DNA of 64,000 nt from positions 5,165 through 69,164 of the forward strand of contig JAQTVM010000005.1 in assembly GCA_028706745.1 (NCBI GenBank), written 5' to 3'. The DNA is from Candidatus Nanoarchaeia archaeon. Lineage in GTDB: Archaea; Nanobdellota; Nanobdellia; SCGC-AAA011-G17; GW2011-AR17. The notes under the pieces are model-generated. The model did not search any database, was not told where the DNA came from, and saw only the letters and a program-made list of their open reading frames with translations. A program made the translations under genes and the position numbers. This document shows positions 29,121 to 38,654 of this stretch, in pieces (positions within the stretch are counted from its first letter, which is position 1; each line of letters begins with the position of its first letter).

Positions 29121-29492
29121 CTACTTGCTATAGTGCGTGTACTTCTCGTTCTTTCCCTTAACTTTCTCAACAGGATACTTCTTTCTTGCCTCAACCATCT
29201 TTTCCTTAAGTGACTCTGACAGGTCAATATTGCAAACTTCGGAAATCCTCAGGACTGCGTGGAATATGTCAGCCAGCTCATAAGAAATCTCCTTTTTCTT
29301 TTCAGCGTCCTTTAAAAATTCCTGAATCTCTTCATTGCTCTTGAACCTGAAATGCTCCATCAATTCTGAAACTTCAATGCTTAATGCAATTCCCAGGTCT
29401 TTCGGGTTATGAAATTTCTCCCAGTCCCTCTCCTTTGCAAAAGCGGAGACAATGTCCTTCATTTCCTGTATCTTTGATTCATTGTCAGCCAT
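29121..29492 (-). CDS. MazG-like nucleotide pyrophosphohydrolase.
   Basis: It carries EVSELMEHF...EELADIFHAVLRISE, an EExxE-type motif. Confidence 0.6.
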   Translation of the reverse strand: MADNESKIQEMKDIVSAFAKERDWEKFHNPKDLGIALSIEVSELMEHFRFKSNEEIQEFLKDAEKKKEISYELADIFHAVLRISEVCNIDLSESLKEKMVEARKKYPVEKVKGKNEKYTHYSK

Positions 29493-29507
29493 CTTGTATC
29501 TCCTTTC

Positions 29508-30221
29508 TTACGCACTTAAAATCCGCTTCATAAGGCTTATTTCCTCTTCAGCTTCATTGTTGATATTGCCTGTAATTTTCCCCTCCAGTATTATAGGGAG
29601 GTCATTCCTTAGCAGACTGGTTATTATCTTGCTGTTTTCCGACTGGTGCAAAAGCGTATGAGTGTTATTCTTAAGCTGTCCGCTTGCGTGAAATTCCCTT
29701 ATATTATCGCCCATTGCCTCAATAATTTCTCCTGCAAGCTGCATCGCAGGGTCGTGCATGTATGCGTGCTGCAGGTCAAGAACAAACCCGAAATTATAAT
29801 CCTTTTTAAGCTTTTCAAACTCCTGCGGCCTTGTCCCGCACCTTGCCTTGTTGTCCATGTTCTCAATCAAAAAAGGCAGCCCTGACTTTTCCAGCAGCGA
29901 ATAATCATCAACAGTGTTCGGATGCAGCACAATGCCGTATATCTTTTGCACAGAACATATTTCCTTTAATTTGTCCACGATTGTTGAAGAATTTCCGTCA
30001 TACCTGACGCCGTCCTTCCACGGCGCGTGTATTGTAACAAGCTCATAGGAAGAAAGCGTTTCAAGAAACTCGTCTGTAATCTTGTAATCCTTCAGGGCGC
30101 AGGGCGTGCCAAAGCTCAGTTCAATTGCGTTTGCGCCGGCTGCCTTGAACATTTTTGCCCTTTCCTCAATAGGAAAATAAGAATTGTGCATTGAGCCTGT
30201 TGAAAAGCCGATGTGTGCCAT
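29508..30221 (-). CDS. Sugar-phosphate isomerase/epimerase (xylose-isomerase-like TIM barrel).
   Basis: AP endonuclease 2-like fold segments GANAIELSF and GIVLHPN are present. Confidence 0.5.
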   Translation of the reverse strand: MAHIGFSTGSMHNSYFPIEERAKMFKAAGANAIELSFGTPCALKDYKITDEFLETLSSYELVTIHAPWKDGVRYDGNSSTIVDKLKEICSVQKIYGIVLHPNTVDDYSLLEKSGLPFLIENMDNKARCGTRPQEFEKLKKDYNFGFVLDLQHAYMHDPAMQLAGEIIEAMGDNIREFHASGQLKNNTHTLLHQSENSKIITSLLRNDLPIILEGKITGNINNEAEEEISLMKRILSA

Positions 30222-30346
30222 ATGCCTAGTTCTCTAATATATGTATATAAAGATTGCGTTAGAAAAGGAAACCAAAGCAAACACTGGAATAAAGGCGGCT
30301 TTCTGCGGCGAAACGTATTTAAAGACCTGCTTTATACTCTCTTGCC

Positions 30347-31051
30347 ATGGGCTTAGAGCAGGCGCTTGGGAAGTACGAGTATTTTCTTAATGATGAGGAT
30401 GCATCAATCTATATAGGCGCTTCAGGCGTTGAGACATACAAGGATAAGGTTGATTTTGTATTAAGCCCTGAAGAGATTAATGAGTTCCTGCAAAAGGCAA
30501 TGGATTTCAATTTCGAACAGCACCGCTACAGTGAAATAACAGGGATGTATGTTACGAAGCTGATGCAGAATTATATTAACGCCTGCTCAGACTATCCATT
30601 CTTTAAGCTGGATCTTCCTGTGGAACTGGACTGTCTGGGATTTGGGCTGAAAGCGAAAGGCGCTTTTTTATTCTTGGACATAAAAGGAAATCTGGGAGAC
30701 TCCTGCTTTACAGGTTCGCTCGGCTGTTCTGCGGACATCTTCGGGGATGTAAAAGACAATTTTGCAAGGTGTTCAATGCACTCATTTTTTAGGGTTACCG
30801 GGAATGTTGGTTATGGCTCTGCAGGGCATTCTCAAAAATGTGTTTATGAGTTTTTCCAAAAAGTGGGGCGCGGTTTTGACTGCGCAGAAAGCAATGAATT
30901 CAGGGCATTTACTCCAGAAGGCCTGAAAACGCTGAAGAAATATGTTCCTGCAGGGAATAGTATATCCTATTTAGAAAAAGACAAATTCGTTGACATAAAA
31001 CGCCTGCGCGACAAGTTTCCTTTTCTTGAGAAGTTTATGAGAAGGCACTGA
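30347..31051 (+). CDS. Hypothetical protein.
   Basis: ORF only. Confidence 0.4.
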   Translation: MGLEQALGKYEYFLNDEDASIYIGASGVETYKDKVDFVLSPEEINEFLQKAMDFNFEQHRYSEITGMYVTKLMQNYINACSDYPFFKLDLPVELDCLGFGLKAKGAFLFLDIKGNLGDSCFTGSLGCSADIFGDVKDNFARCSMHSFFRVTGNVGYGSAGHSQKCVYEFFQKVGRGFDCAESNEFRAFTPEGLKTLKKYVPAGNSISYLEKDKFVDIKRLRDKFPFLEKFMRRH

Positions 31052-31453
31052 ATTCCAGCCGCCTTTTTCATGAAGCATTAAATGGCGCCCAGAATATGAT
31101 TTCAAAGGCAATATATTCGCTTTGCTCTCCAAGATATGCCTTTATCTTAGAAATTGCTTCCTTTTCAGAATCGGCCGAGGGAATTATTTCCTTGAAATTA
31201 ATTTTCTTTAAGATTTCATTCAAGTCTCCGGCAACGCTGTTTCCAATAGTGCCCCAAATGCTTTCGCCGCTGTATCCCCTTCTTATTTCGACTTTTCTGT
31301 TGGCATAAACATGCTTTTGCGAGAAACGCCCTTTGCATGCTCTTAATTCATATTTTTTCCCATTATGCTTGAAATCCAAGAAAGGCTGTGTGCATAACGG
31401 TACAAATAACCTGTCCATAAATTAAAGCATAGCAATTGCATTTAATAAGATTG

Positions 31454-31981
31454 CTATTTCATGGCTTGTTCCAGAACATGCTTCCTTATCCTTTCTGAAA
31501 TTTGTTCCAGATTTTCTTTCTGGAATATTTTAACCAATACTATGTCTCTTGTTCCTTTCTCATACAGATTAGCCTGCGCTAATTTTGAATAGCCGGAAAA
31601 ATATAAAATTCCTGCAATATCGCTTAAATCTTCCCGTGCGTCACAGATAAGGGCATCAAATTCTGCTTTTCCTTCTATTTCTGCCTGCTTAAGCATAAAA
31701 TGGGCAAAATCCCTTCTTCTGATTCCCGGATGAATCCTTATGTTCTTTATTTCTCTGACTCTGGATAATTGCTTATGTGGCTGGAATATTAAGTCCCCGA
31801 CTAAAGCCCTATCATTATATGCAAGAATTGCGGTTTTATAGCCGCTGTCCAGTTCTGCCTCGGTTCTCTGGACCCACGAGTCATATCCAGGATATCCTAA
31901 GTTTTGCTTGGCAAGAAAATCAATTGCCTCCCTTAGGTCAGATTTATCTGAAGGGGTCCTGAATGTGAAGCTGAATGCCAT
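31454..31981 (-). CDS. Hypothetical protein (possible GNAT-like).
   Basis: ORF only. It has a weak acetyltransferase-like segment. Confidence 0.35.
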   Translation of the reverse strand: MAFSFTFRTPSDKSDLREAIDFLAKQNLGYPGYDSWVQRTEAELDSGYKTAILAYNDRALVGDLIFQPHKQLSRVREIKNIRIHPGIRRRDFAHFMLKQAEIEGKAEFDALICDAREDLSDIAGILYFSGYSKLAQANLYEKGTRDIVLVKIFQKENLEQISERIRKHVLEQAMK

Positions 31982-32072
31982 GATTTCAGGAATAAGCTCT
32001 TGATTTATAACCTTTTCCTCGTTGTGACTATGACGAAACCTTTTTATACACCCTTAAACCTTTCAAATCCTT

Positions 32073-34460
32073 ATGCCGGAATCAAAAATAAAGGAAAAAT
32101 CCTGGAACCAAGAGCTTGAAAAGGAAGCTTATGACAAGTGGAAGGCTGACAATCTGTACAAGTTCGATAAATCATCAAAAAAGCCGGTATACTCAATAGA
32201 CACTCCCCCGCCTTATGTAAACACTCCTGTCCATATCGGACAAGCCACTACATACTGTCTTATGGACATGTTTGCAAGATACAAGCGAATGAAAGGATGC
32301 AATATTCTTTTTCCCCTTGGCTTGGACAGGAACGGACTGCCGATTGAGATGGCTGCTGAAAAAAAGTTCAATATTAAGTTAACCAACACCCCCAGAGAGC
32401 AATATATAGAAGCCTGCAGAAAGGTTTTGGAAGAAAGCAGTGCCGCTTCAACAGACACTTTCCTGCAATTAGGCATCAGCTTTAACTCGTGGGAATTGGG
32501 GAATGAAATAGGGGATGTGTATCATACTGATTCTGACGCTTACAGGACTCTGACGCAGGAAACATTCATTGACATGTGGAACAAGGGATTAATCTATGAG
32601 GATGAAAGAATAAACAATTACTGCCCCGGCTGCCAGACAACACTTGCTGACGCAGAGGTTGATTATGCTGAAAAAGCATCCACATTCAATGACATCATAT
32701 TCACAGTGAAAGAGACAGGCGAGAAATTAACAATAGGCACAACAAGGCCTGAGCTGGTATGCACGTGCGGCATGGTGATATTCAATCCTGAAGATGAAAG
32801 ATACAAGCATTTGGAAGGAAAGCATGCAATTACTCCTTTGTTTAACAAGGAAGTTCCAATCAAATCCCATCCCATTGCGCAGATTGAAAAGGGAACAGGC
32901 TTGGCAATGATGTGCTCTGCAGGCGACCTGTCTGACATAAGGTTCTTCAGGGAAATGGGATTAACGCCAACTATTGCAATCAACAGGGACGGCACAATGA
33001 ACGAGCACGCCGGGTTTTTGAAAGGGCTTTACGTGAAAGATGCAAGAAAGAAGATTATTGAGGAATTAAAAGAGAAAGGATTGTTGGTTAAGCAGCAGCA
33101 GATTACGCACAAGACTCCTATCTGCGAAAGAAGCAAGCACGAGATTGAGTTCATTGCAATGAAGGAGTATTACGTAAAACAGCTTGATTTCAAGGACAAG
33201 ATGAGGGAGCTTGCAAACAAGGTTAATTTCTATGCGCCTGAATCAAGGAAGATAATGCTTGACTGGATTGATGCTGTATCAATTGACTGGCCTATTACAA
33301 GAAGGAGATTTTACGCAACAGAGGTTCCTCTCTGGTACTGCAGGAAATGCCATGAGGCGATTGTGCCTCCTAAAGGGAAATATTACAAGCCGTGGAAAGA
33401 GAAGGCGCCTGTTTCAAAGTGCCCGAAATGTTCTTCCACTGAGTTTGTCGGCGATGAAAGGGTGTTTGACCCGTGGTTTGACTCATCAATCTCCCCATTA
33501 TATATACTGAAGTATTCCATGGATGAGAATTTCTTTGAGAAGAATTCGCCTTGCTCGTTAAGGCCTCAGGGAAAGGAGATTATAAGGACCTGGCTTTATT
33601 ACACATTGCTTAAATGCTATCTTTTGACAGGCAAATGCATATTCAATGACGCGTGGATTAATTATCATATTGTTGATGAAAAGGGCAAGAAGATGTCAAA
33701 AAGCACAGGCAATGTGGTTGACCCTCAGGAAGTTCTGAAGAAGTTCGGCGCAGAGCCTTTCAGGCTGTGGGCTGCTGTTGAGGGAAACTTGGAAAGGGAT
33801 GACTTCCGCTGTTCATTTGAAAGAATAGAAGGAGCAGGAAAGACAATAGTTAAGCTGTGGAATGTTGCGAAGTTCATTTCAATGTTTGAGAGTGCATCTA
33901 AGCCTGCAAAACTTAATCCTCTTGACGAGTGGATTTTGTCAGAGCTCGACAGGCTTGTTGCGGTTTCAAATGAAAGCTATGGCAACTATAACTTTCACGA
34001 GCCGGCAATACAGCTGAAGCATTTCATATGGGAAACATTTGCTTCTCATTACATGGAATTGGTAAAGAACCGCGCTTATAATCAGGAAGGCAAGTGCTCA
34101 AAAGAAGAGCAGGATTCTGCATTATGGACACTGCACCACTGCCTTGAAACTTTATTGAAGCTTCTGGCTCCCATAATGCCAATGCTCACATACAAGCTTT
34201 CAATGGACTTGTTTGGGAAGGATGTTCATTTTGAGGAGTTTCCTGTTGCAGGAAATCACAAGGCGCCTTTTGCAACTGAAGAGCTTTTGGCATTTGACAG
34301 CGCAGTCTGGAAAGCCAAGAAGGACAAGGCACTCAGCCTGAAGGCAGAAGTGAAGAAAGCGGTTGTTCCGGAGGTTTTGAAAGTAATAGAGAAGGACTTG
34401 TGTTCCACGCACGGGCTAAAGCAAGTTGAGTATGGGAAAGAGTTTGGCGTTGAGCTGTAG
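32073..34460 (+). CDS. Class Ia aminoacyl-tRNA synthetase (Val/Ile/Leu family). The HIGH motif reads HIGQ.
   Basis: It carries PPPYVNTPVHIGQ, LFPLGLDRNGLPIE and KMSKSTGNVVDP. It is 795 aa long. Confidence 0.75.
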   Translation: MPESKIKEKSWNQELEKEAYDKWKADNLYKFDKSSKKPVYSIDTPPPYVNTPVHIGQATTYCLMDMFARYKRMKGCNILFPLGLDRNGLPIEMAAEKKFNIKLTNTPREQYIEACRKVLEESSAASTDTFLQLGISFNSWELGNEIGDVYHTDSDAYRTLTQETFIDMWNKGLIYEDERINNYCPGCQTTLADAEVDYAEKASTFNDIIFTVKETGEKLTIGTTRPELVCTCGMVIFNPEDERYKHLEGKHAITPLFNKEVPIKSHPIAQIEKGTGLAMMCSAGDLSDIRFFREMGLTPTIAINRDGTMNEHAGFLKGLYVKDARKKIIEELKEKGLLVKQQQITHKTPICERSKHEIEFIAMKEYYVKQLDFKDKMRELANKVNFYAPESRKIMLDWIDAVSIDWPITRRRFYATEVPLWYCRKCHEAIVPPKGKYYKPWKEKAPVSKCPKCSSTEFVGDERVFDPWFDSSISPLYILKYSMDENFFEKNSPCSLRPQGKEIIRTWLYYTLLKCYLLTGKCIFNDAWINYHIVDEKGKKMSKSTGNVVDPQEVLKKFGAEPFRLWAAVEGNLERDDFRCSFERIEGAGKTIVKLWNVAKFISMFESASKPAKLNPLDEWILSELDRLVAVSNESYGNYNFHEPAIQLKHFIWETFASHYMELVKNRAYNQEGKCSKEEQDSALWTLHHCLETLLKLLAPIMPMLTYKLSMDLFGKDVHFEEFPVAGNHKAPFATEELLAFDSAVWKAKKDKALSLKAEVKKAVVPEVLKVIEKDLCSTHGLKQVEYGKEFGVEL

Positions 34461-34514
34461 AATTCTGTAAATCCCTATAAAAAGAAGGCAGTTAAGGGGG
34501 CGCCCTTAAGAACC

Positions 34515-34544
34515 CCATCTACTAATTTAGTAGATATTAGTAGA
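34515..34544. repeat. 30-bp palindromic direct repeat ATCTACTAATTTAGTAGATATTAGTAGATA, copy A (3' of the fic gene).
   Basis: It matches 35927-35956 at 29 of 30 positions. It contains the inverted repeat ctactaa/ttagtag. Confidence 0.8.
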
Positions 34545-34549
34545 TAGAA

Positions 34550-35875
34550 TTAATCTGCTTTAAGTCGATTGATATTGTCCTTATTCTTTTCGTTAAAATA
34601 GAATACAAACGCCCTGGAAACTATCTTCTTGCTCAAAAATCCTTTTTCTGCCAGATAAAGCAGGTCGCTTCTTGCAGTTTGGTAAACAGTATTGTAAGTC
34701 TGTGCTATCTCTTTTATTGTGAAGTCCTTAGTAGGATTCTTCATAATCTCTTCAAGTATGCTTGCCTGTCTGAAATTCAGCCCTTTTGTATGCTTTATAA
34801 TTAGTGTGGCTTCCTGCTGCTCTTTTTGTTTTCGTTTAATATAATCTAAAAGGTCTATCAGCGCTTCATCAACACAGCCCACAATATATTTAATGAAATA
34901 AGTCATGTCCATTTCATCATATTCTGTATAAAGATATGCAATTCCATAATCCTTGCGTGAGCTCAAAATCCTTCTTGAAACAGCCATATACTCAAAAAGC
35001 CAATACCCCTTTGAAAGCAGATACCAATAAAATACGCTTCTTGCAGTCCTTCCATTCCCGTCATTGAACGGATGCACATACCCTATTAAAAAATGCAATA
35101 CTGTGGCTTTAATAATCGGGTGTATAAAATCCCCTTCTTCATTATTTGCAAAATAGCATATTTCATTTATCATATCTTTCACTTTTGCACATTTAGGAGG
35201 GATATGATATATTACTTCTGGATCCAAATGATCTCCCACCACAACATCATCCTTATCTCTGAAGCGTCCTGCATCTTTTTCATCTTTTAATGTGCCTTTT
35301 GTTATGGATGCTTGTATTTCCAACAAAAATTCAGGGCTGAGTTTTTCATCTTTTCTTTTTCTTATCATCTGCATCGTTTCAAACCCATTTACAACCATTT
35401 TTTCGCTTTCACTAAGGGGCTTTCTTTTTTGCTTAAGCATTTCTTTTGCGGCCTGTCTTGTGGTGGCTGCACCTTCCAGAATGCTTGAAGCTATTGCCTC
35501 TTCCATCAAAGAGCTGATTATATACCTCTTTTCCAAGCCTAAGCTCTTCTCTTGCAGAGCTATATTCCCTGTGAGGTATTTGTCAAACTGGTGCAGCTTT
35601 TTGTTGATTTCAGGCAGGCTATTGTATTTTGCTTTTATGTTCTGAAAGGGTATTTTCTCATATTTCTCGTTTCTTAGAAATTTCATCATTGCCCACAAAT
35701 ACTCCTGCTCTTTTGGGCTGTCTGCCCTATACTTGATTTCTTCCCAATAGAAGTATTTTCGGTTATATTCTGTCACTTTCTCGAACAGCTTTTTCTCTTT
35801 TAGTAATTTGAATACTTTCTCTCCATCTGTTTCAAGAGTATTTTTCCAGTCTTTTGGCTTTTCAGGCAGTTTCAT
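34550..35875 (-). CDS. fic: Fic/DOC family protein with C-terminal winged helix.
   Basis: It carries the Fic motif HPFNDGNGRTAR. Confidence 0.8.
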   Translation of the reverse strand: MKLPEKPKDWKNTLETDGEKVFKLLKEKKLFEKVTEYNRKYFYWEEIKYRADSPKEQEYLWAMMKFLRNEKYEKIPFQNIKAKYNSLPEINKKLHQFDKYLTGNIALQEKSLGLEKRYIISSLMEEAIASSILEGAATTRQAAKEMLKQKRKPLSESEKMVVNGFETMQMIRKRKDEKLSPEFLLEIQASITKGTLKDEKDAGRFRDKDDVVVGDHLDPEVIYHIPPKCAKVKDMINEICYFANNEEGDFIHPIIKATVLHFLIGYVHPFNDGNGRTARSVFYWYLLSKGYWLFEYMAVSRRILSSRKDYGIAYLYTEYDEMDMTYFIKYIVGCVDEALIDLLDYIKRKQKEQQEATLIIKHTKGLNFRQASILEEIMKNPTKDFTIKEIAQTYNTVYQTARSDLLYLAEKGFLSKKIVSRAFVFYFNEKNKDNINRLKAD

Positions 35876-35926
35876 TTTTATCTACTAATATTAAGATAAT
35901 TAGTATATGAGGTAATATATAAAGCT

Positions 35927-35956
35927 ATCTACTAAATTAGTAGATATTAGTAGATA
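35927..35956. repeat. 30-bp palindromic direct repeat, copy B (fic promoter region). An additional partial copy lies at 35879-35895.
   Basis: See copy A. The two copies are 1412 bp apart. Confidence 0.8.
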
Positions 35957-36011
35957 ATTAGTATATAGAAATTATTTACTCTGTTTTCTTTTTGCCTGAA
36001 ATTCCTTCGGA

Positions 36012-36719
36012 ATGTCCGGAAATAAGCATACCACTTGCCACTTGCCAGCCGCACGGGAAGGCAATATAAACCCTTTTATTATGGTTTGGAATATGGCAAG
36101 AATCAGAAAAGTATTTTACAAGGAACAGACTGCGCCTTTATTCAAAGGCATTAATGCTATTATTGTTGGGCTTGATTACAGATACAAAGAAAAGGGAAAA
36201 TCAGAGCATTCTGACAAGCTCTATGATTTCAGGTTTGAAGGCAAGGAAAGTGAATATTTTGAGGAGTCGCTTGCAAAATGCTTTTCAGAGCATATACAGA
36301 AGGACGCTTATTTTAAGCCGGACATTGTTGCAGTCATGCCAGGACATAAAGAAGGATATAGCCCGCATCTTGTTGAGCTTGCAAGAAAGTTTTGCGCAAG
36401 GTTTAATCTCAATTTCAATGAAACATTAATCAAAAGAGCAAAAGAATGCAGCAGGCAGCATGATGTAAGGCAGTTTGCAGAAAAGTATAATAATGCGGTA
36501 AACACAATGGAAGTTGCTGAAGATTTAAATAATAAGGCAGTTTTGGTAATAGATGACATATGCACAAGCGGGATGAGCTGCCTTGAGGCAATGCGGGCGC
36601 TTAAATCCCACAATGCAAAAAGAGCCCTGTTTTTGGTGCTGGGGCTTAACCATTCAAGGGAAGAATATGCTGAAATTCCAGAAGGAATGAGCGTATCGGA
36701 GTTTATGCTGGAGAAATGA
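36012..36719 (+). CDS. Phosphoribosyltransferase-domain protein (ComF-like by context).
   Basis: It carries the PRTase motif VLVIDDICTSGMS. It lies immediately upstream of dprA and overlaps it. Confidence 0.55.
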   Translation: MSGNKHTTCHLPAAREGNINPFIMVWNMARIRKVFYKEQTAPLFKGINAIIVGLDYRYKEKGKSEHSDKLYDFRFEGKESEYFEESLAKCFSEHIQKDAYFKPDIVAVMPGHKEGYSPHLVELARKFCARFNLNFNETLIKRAKECSRQHDVRQFAEKYNNAVNTMEVAEDLNNKAVLVIDDICTSGMSCLEAMRALKSHNAKRALFLVLGLNHSREEYAEIPEGMSVSEFMLEK

Positions 36720-37531
36720 ATATGGACAATATAGAATATTGGCTTGCAGTAAGCATGATGAAGGGAATAGGGCCATCTAGGCTCTCTGAAGTTTATTCAT
36801 CTGCAACAAGCCCTGAAGAAATGCTTAAAGGGCAGGAAATTTTGCTTGAGAAAAGCAGGAAATATTTGGATTATTGCGATGAGAACAAAGTCAAGGTTAT
36901 GTTCTGCTTTGATAAGGAATATCCTGCTGTATTGCATTCAATAGCTGACAAGCCAAAAGTAATATTTACAAGAGGAGATATTGGTTTGCTTGAAAAGCCG
37001 TCTCTTGCCATTGTTGGAACAAGGCAGCCTTCTGAAAAAGCGGCATTGTTTGCAAAGAATATTGCTTCTTCTTTAAGCAAAAGTTTTAATATTGTGAGCG
37101 GCGGGGCAGAAGGCATTGATTCAATGGCTCATCTTGGCGCTCTTGAAGGATTTGGGAAGACAATTTGCGTTCTTGGCTCGGGATTTTTGAACAAATATCC
37201 TGCCTTGAATAACAAGATGTTTGATGAAATAGCCGAGAAAGGGCTTTTGATTACAGAGCAGGCGCCTGATTTTGTTGGCAACAGGTTTTCTCTTTTGCAA
37301 AGGAACAGGATAACATCTGCATTGAGCAAAGCTGTTTTTGTTGTCGCTTCAAAAGAAACAGGCGGCTCAATGTGGCAGGCTGAATTGGCTTGGAGGCAGA
37401 AAAGGCAGATATTCGTGCCGAGCTTATCATTGGGATTGGAGCCTTCTGCAGGGATTAAGCAGCTGCTTGAAAAGGGCAGGGCGGTGGAGTTTGATTCAGT
37501 TGAGAAGGCGGCGGAATTGGTAGGTAAATAA
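36716..37531 (+). CDS. dprA: DNA-processing protein DprA/Smf.
   Basis: It carries LAIVGTRQPS...VSGGAEGIDSMAHLGALE. Confidence 0.75.
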   Translation: MNMDNIEYWLAVSMMKGIGPSRLSEVYSSATSPEEMLKGQEILLEKSRKYLDYCDENKVKVMFCFDKEYPAVLHSIADKPKVIFTRGDIGLLEKPSLAIVGTRQPSEKAALFAKNIASSLSKSFNIVSGGAEGIDSMAHLGALEGFGKTICVLGSGFLNKYPALNNKMFDEIAEKGLLITEQAPDFVGNRFSLLQRNRITSALSKAVFVVASKETGGSMWQAELAWRQKRQIFVPSLSLGLEPSAGIKQLLEKGRAVEFDSVEKAAELVGK

Positions 37532-37532
37532 T

Positions 37533-38063
37533 ATGGCTGAAGATGTAAATCTTAAAAATCAAATTAAAGAGGAAATATTAGAACTAAAAGAAATTGATAT
37601 AGCTATTTTAGAGGCATATAATGAGATGCCCAAAGATTTTAAGGAGAATATTAAATTTACAGATTACTACCTTTTTCATAGGGAAAGATTGCAAAAAAGA
37701 GCAGATAGAAATGAGCTACAAGAAGAATTAAATTCGCTCCCAGAACCCCTAGAAAAACCTAGAGAGATTATACCCGAAGAACAGCTTTGTAAAAGTTGTA
37801 AAAAAGAAAAAAAGGTTTGGGACGACAAAGATTATTGTAGCAAATGTAGAGACTTATTTAGGGAAGAAGCACAATCAAAATTGGTCCAGATCAAGGAAAT
37901 TCTTCTTAAAGATCCACATTTTGTTAAATTAACAAACGAAACTGCGGCAATTGCTTATGTCAAGGAAAAATTTGCTGCTGAACAGAATAAAAATAAATTT
38001 ATTACACTTACATCAATCGCAAAACAAGCATATCAACTTAAGAAAATTAATATGGGAAAATAA
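37533..38063 (+). CDS. Hypothetical zinc-ribbon protein.
   Basis: It carries CKSCKK...CSKCRD. It starts 2 nt after dprA. Confidence 0.4.
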   Translation: MAEDVNLKNQIKEEILELKEIDIAILEAYNEMPKDFKENIKFTDYYLFHRERLQKRADRNELQEELNSLPEPLEKPREIIPEEQLCKSCKKEKKVWDDKDYCSKCRDLFREEAQSKLVQIKEILLKDPHFVKLTNETAAIAYVKEKFAAEQNKNKFITLTSIAKQAYQLKKINMGK

Positions 38064-38079
38064 GGAGTAACGAATAAAG

Positions 38080-38511
38080 ATGGTAAGAACCGAAGTTGTA
38101 GAAGGAGATTATAAGGGATATCACATAAACGTTTTTAATAATAGTATACATCTCTGCAAGGAATGGTCAAGTGAAGATATTGTATTAACCAAAAAAGACA
38201 TTAGAAAAATAGAGGCGGCTGCAGAAGATGTTGAAAGAAAGTACATAAGTAGAAAAAAATATATCTGCGGGGCTGCTGGAAGCGGATTTACTCTTTTAGC
38301 TTTTTTAAGTATAGTCAGTAATCCTCAATTTAATCTTATAAATGCACTATTATTCTCTGGAATATTTGGTAGTATATTCGGGGCAATAGCGGGTTTTTTA
38401 TTATGGCAATTTATGAGAAAAGTATGCTTTTTATGCCTTTTGAAAAACGGAAAAAGATTTACAGGAGTTTGCTCAAAAGGAGATTTCAAGAATATTATGG
38501 CCTTAAAATAA
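38080..38511 (+). CDS. Hypothetical small membrane protein.
   Basis: Two TM segments are present. Confidence 0.4.
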   Translation: MVRTEVVEGDYKGYHINVFNNSIHLCKEWSSEDIVLTKKDIRKIEAAAEDVERKYISRKKYICGAAGSGFTLLAFLSIVSNPQFNLINALLFSGIFGSIFGAIAGFLLWQFMRKVCFLCLLKNGKRFTGVCSKGDFKNIMALK

Positions 38512-38654
38512 TAATGCCCAACCACAAGCAACCACAAAAAACACGCCGGAGGCCCGCCTTCCTACCTTCTGCTTGCTACCAGCCCACTTGCCCATTACGT
38601 ATATAAACCACTACTCTTTTAAACCCCTTATTACTTATCTATTTAGGTATTACA

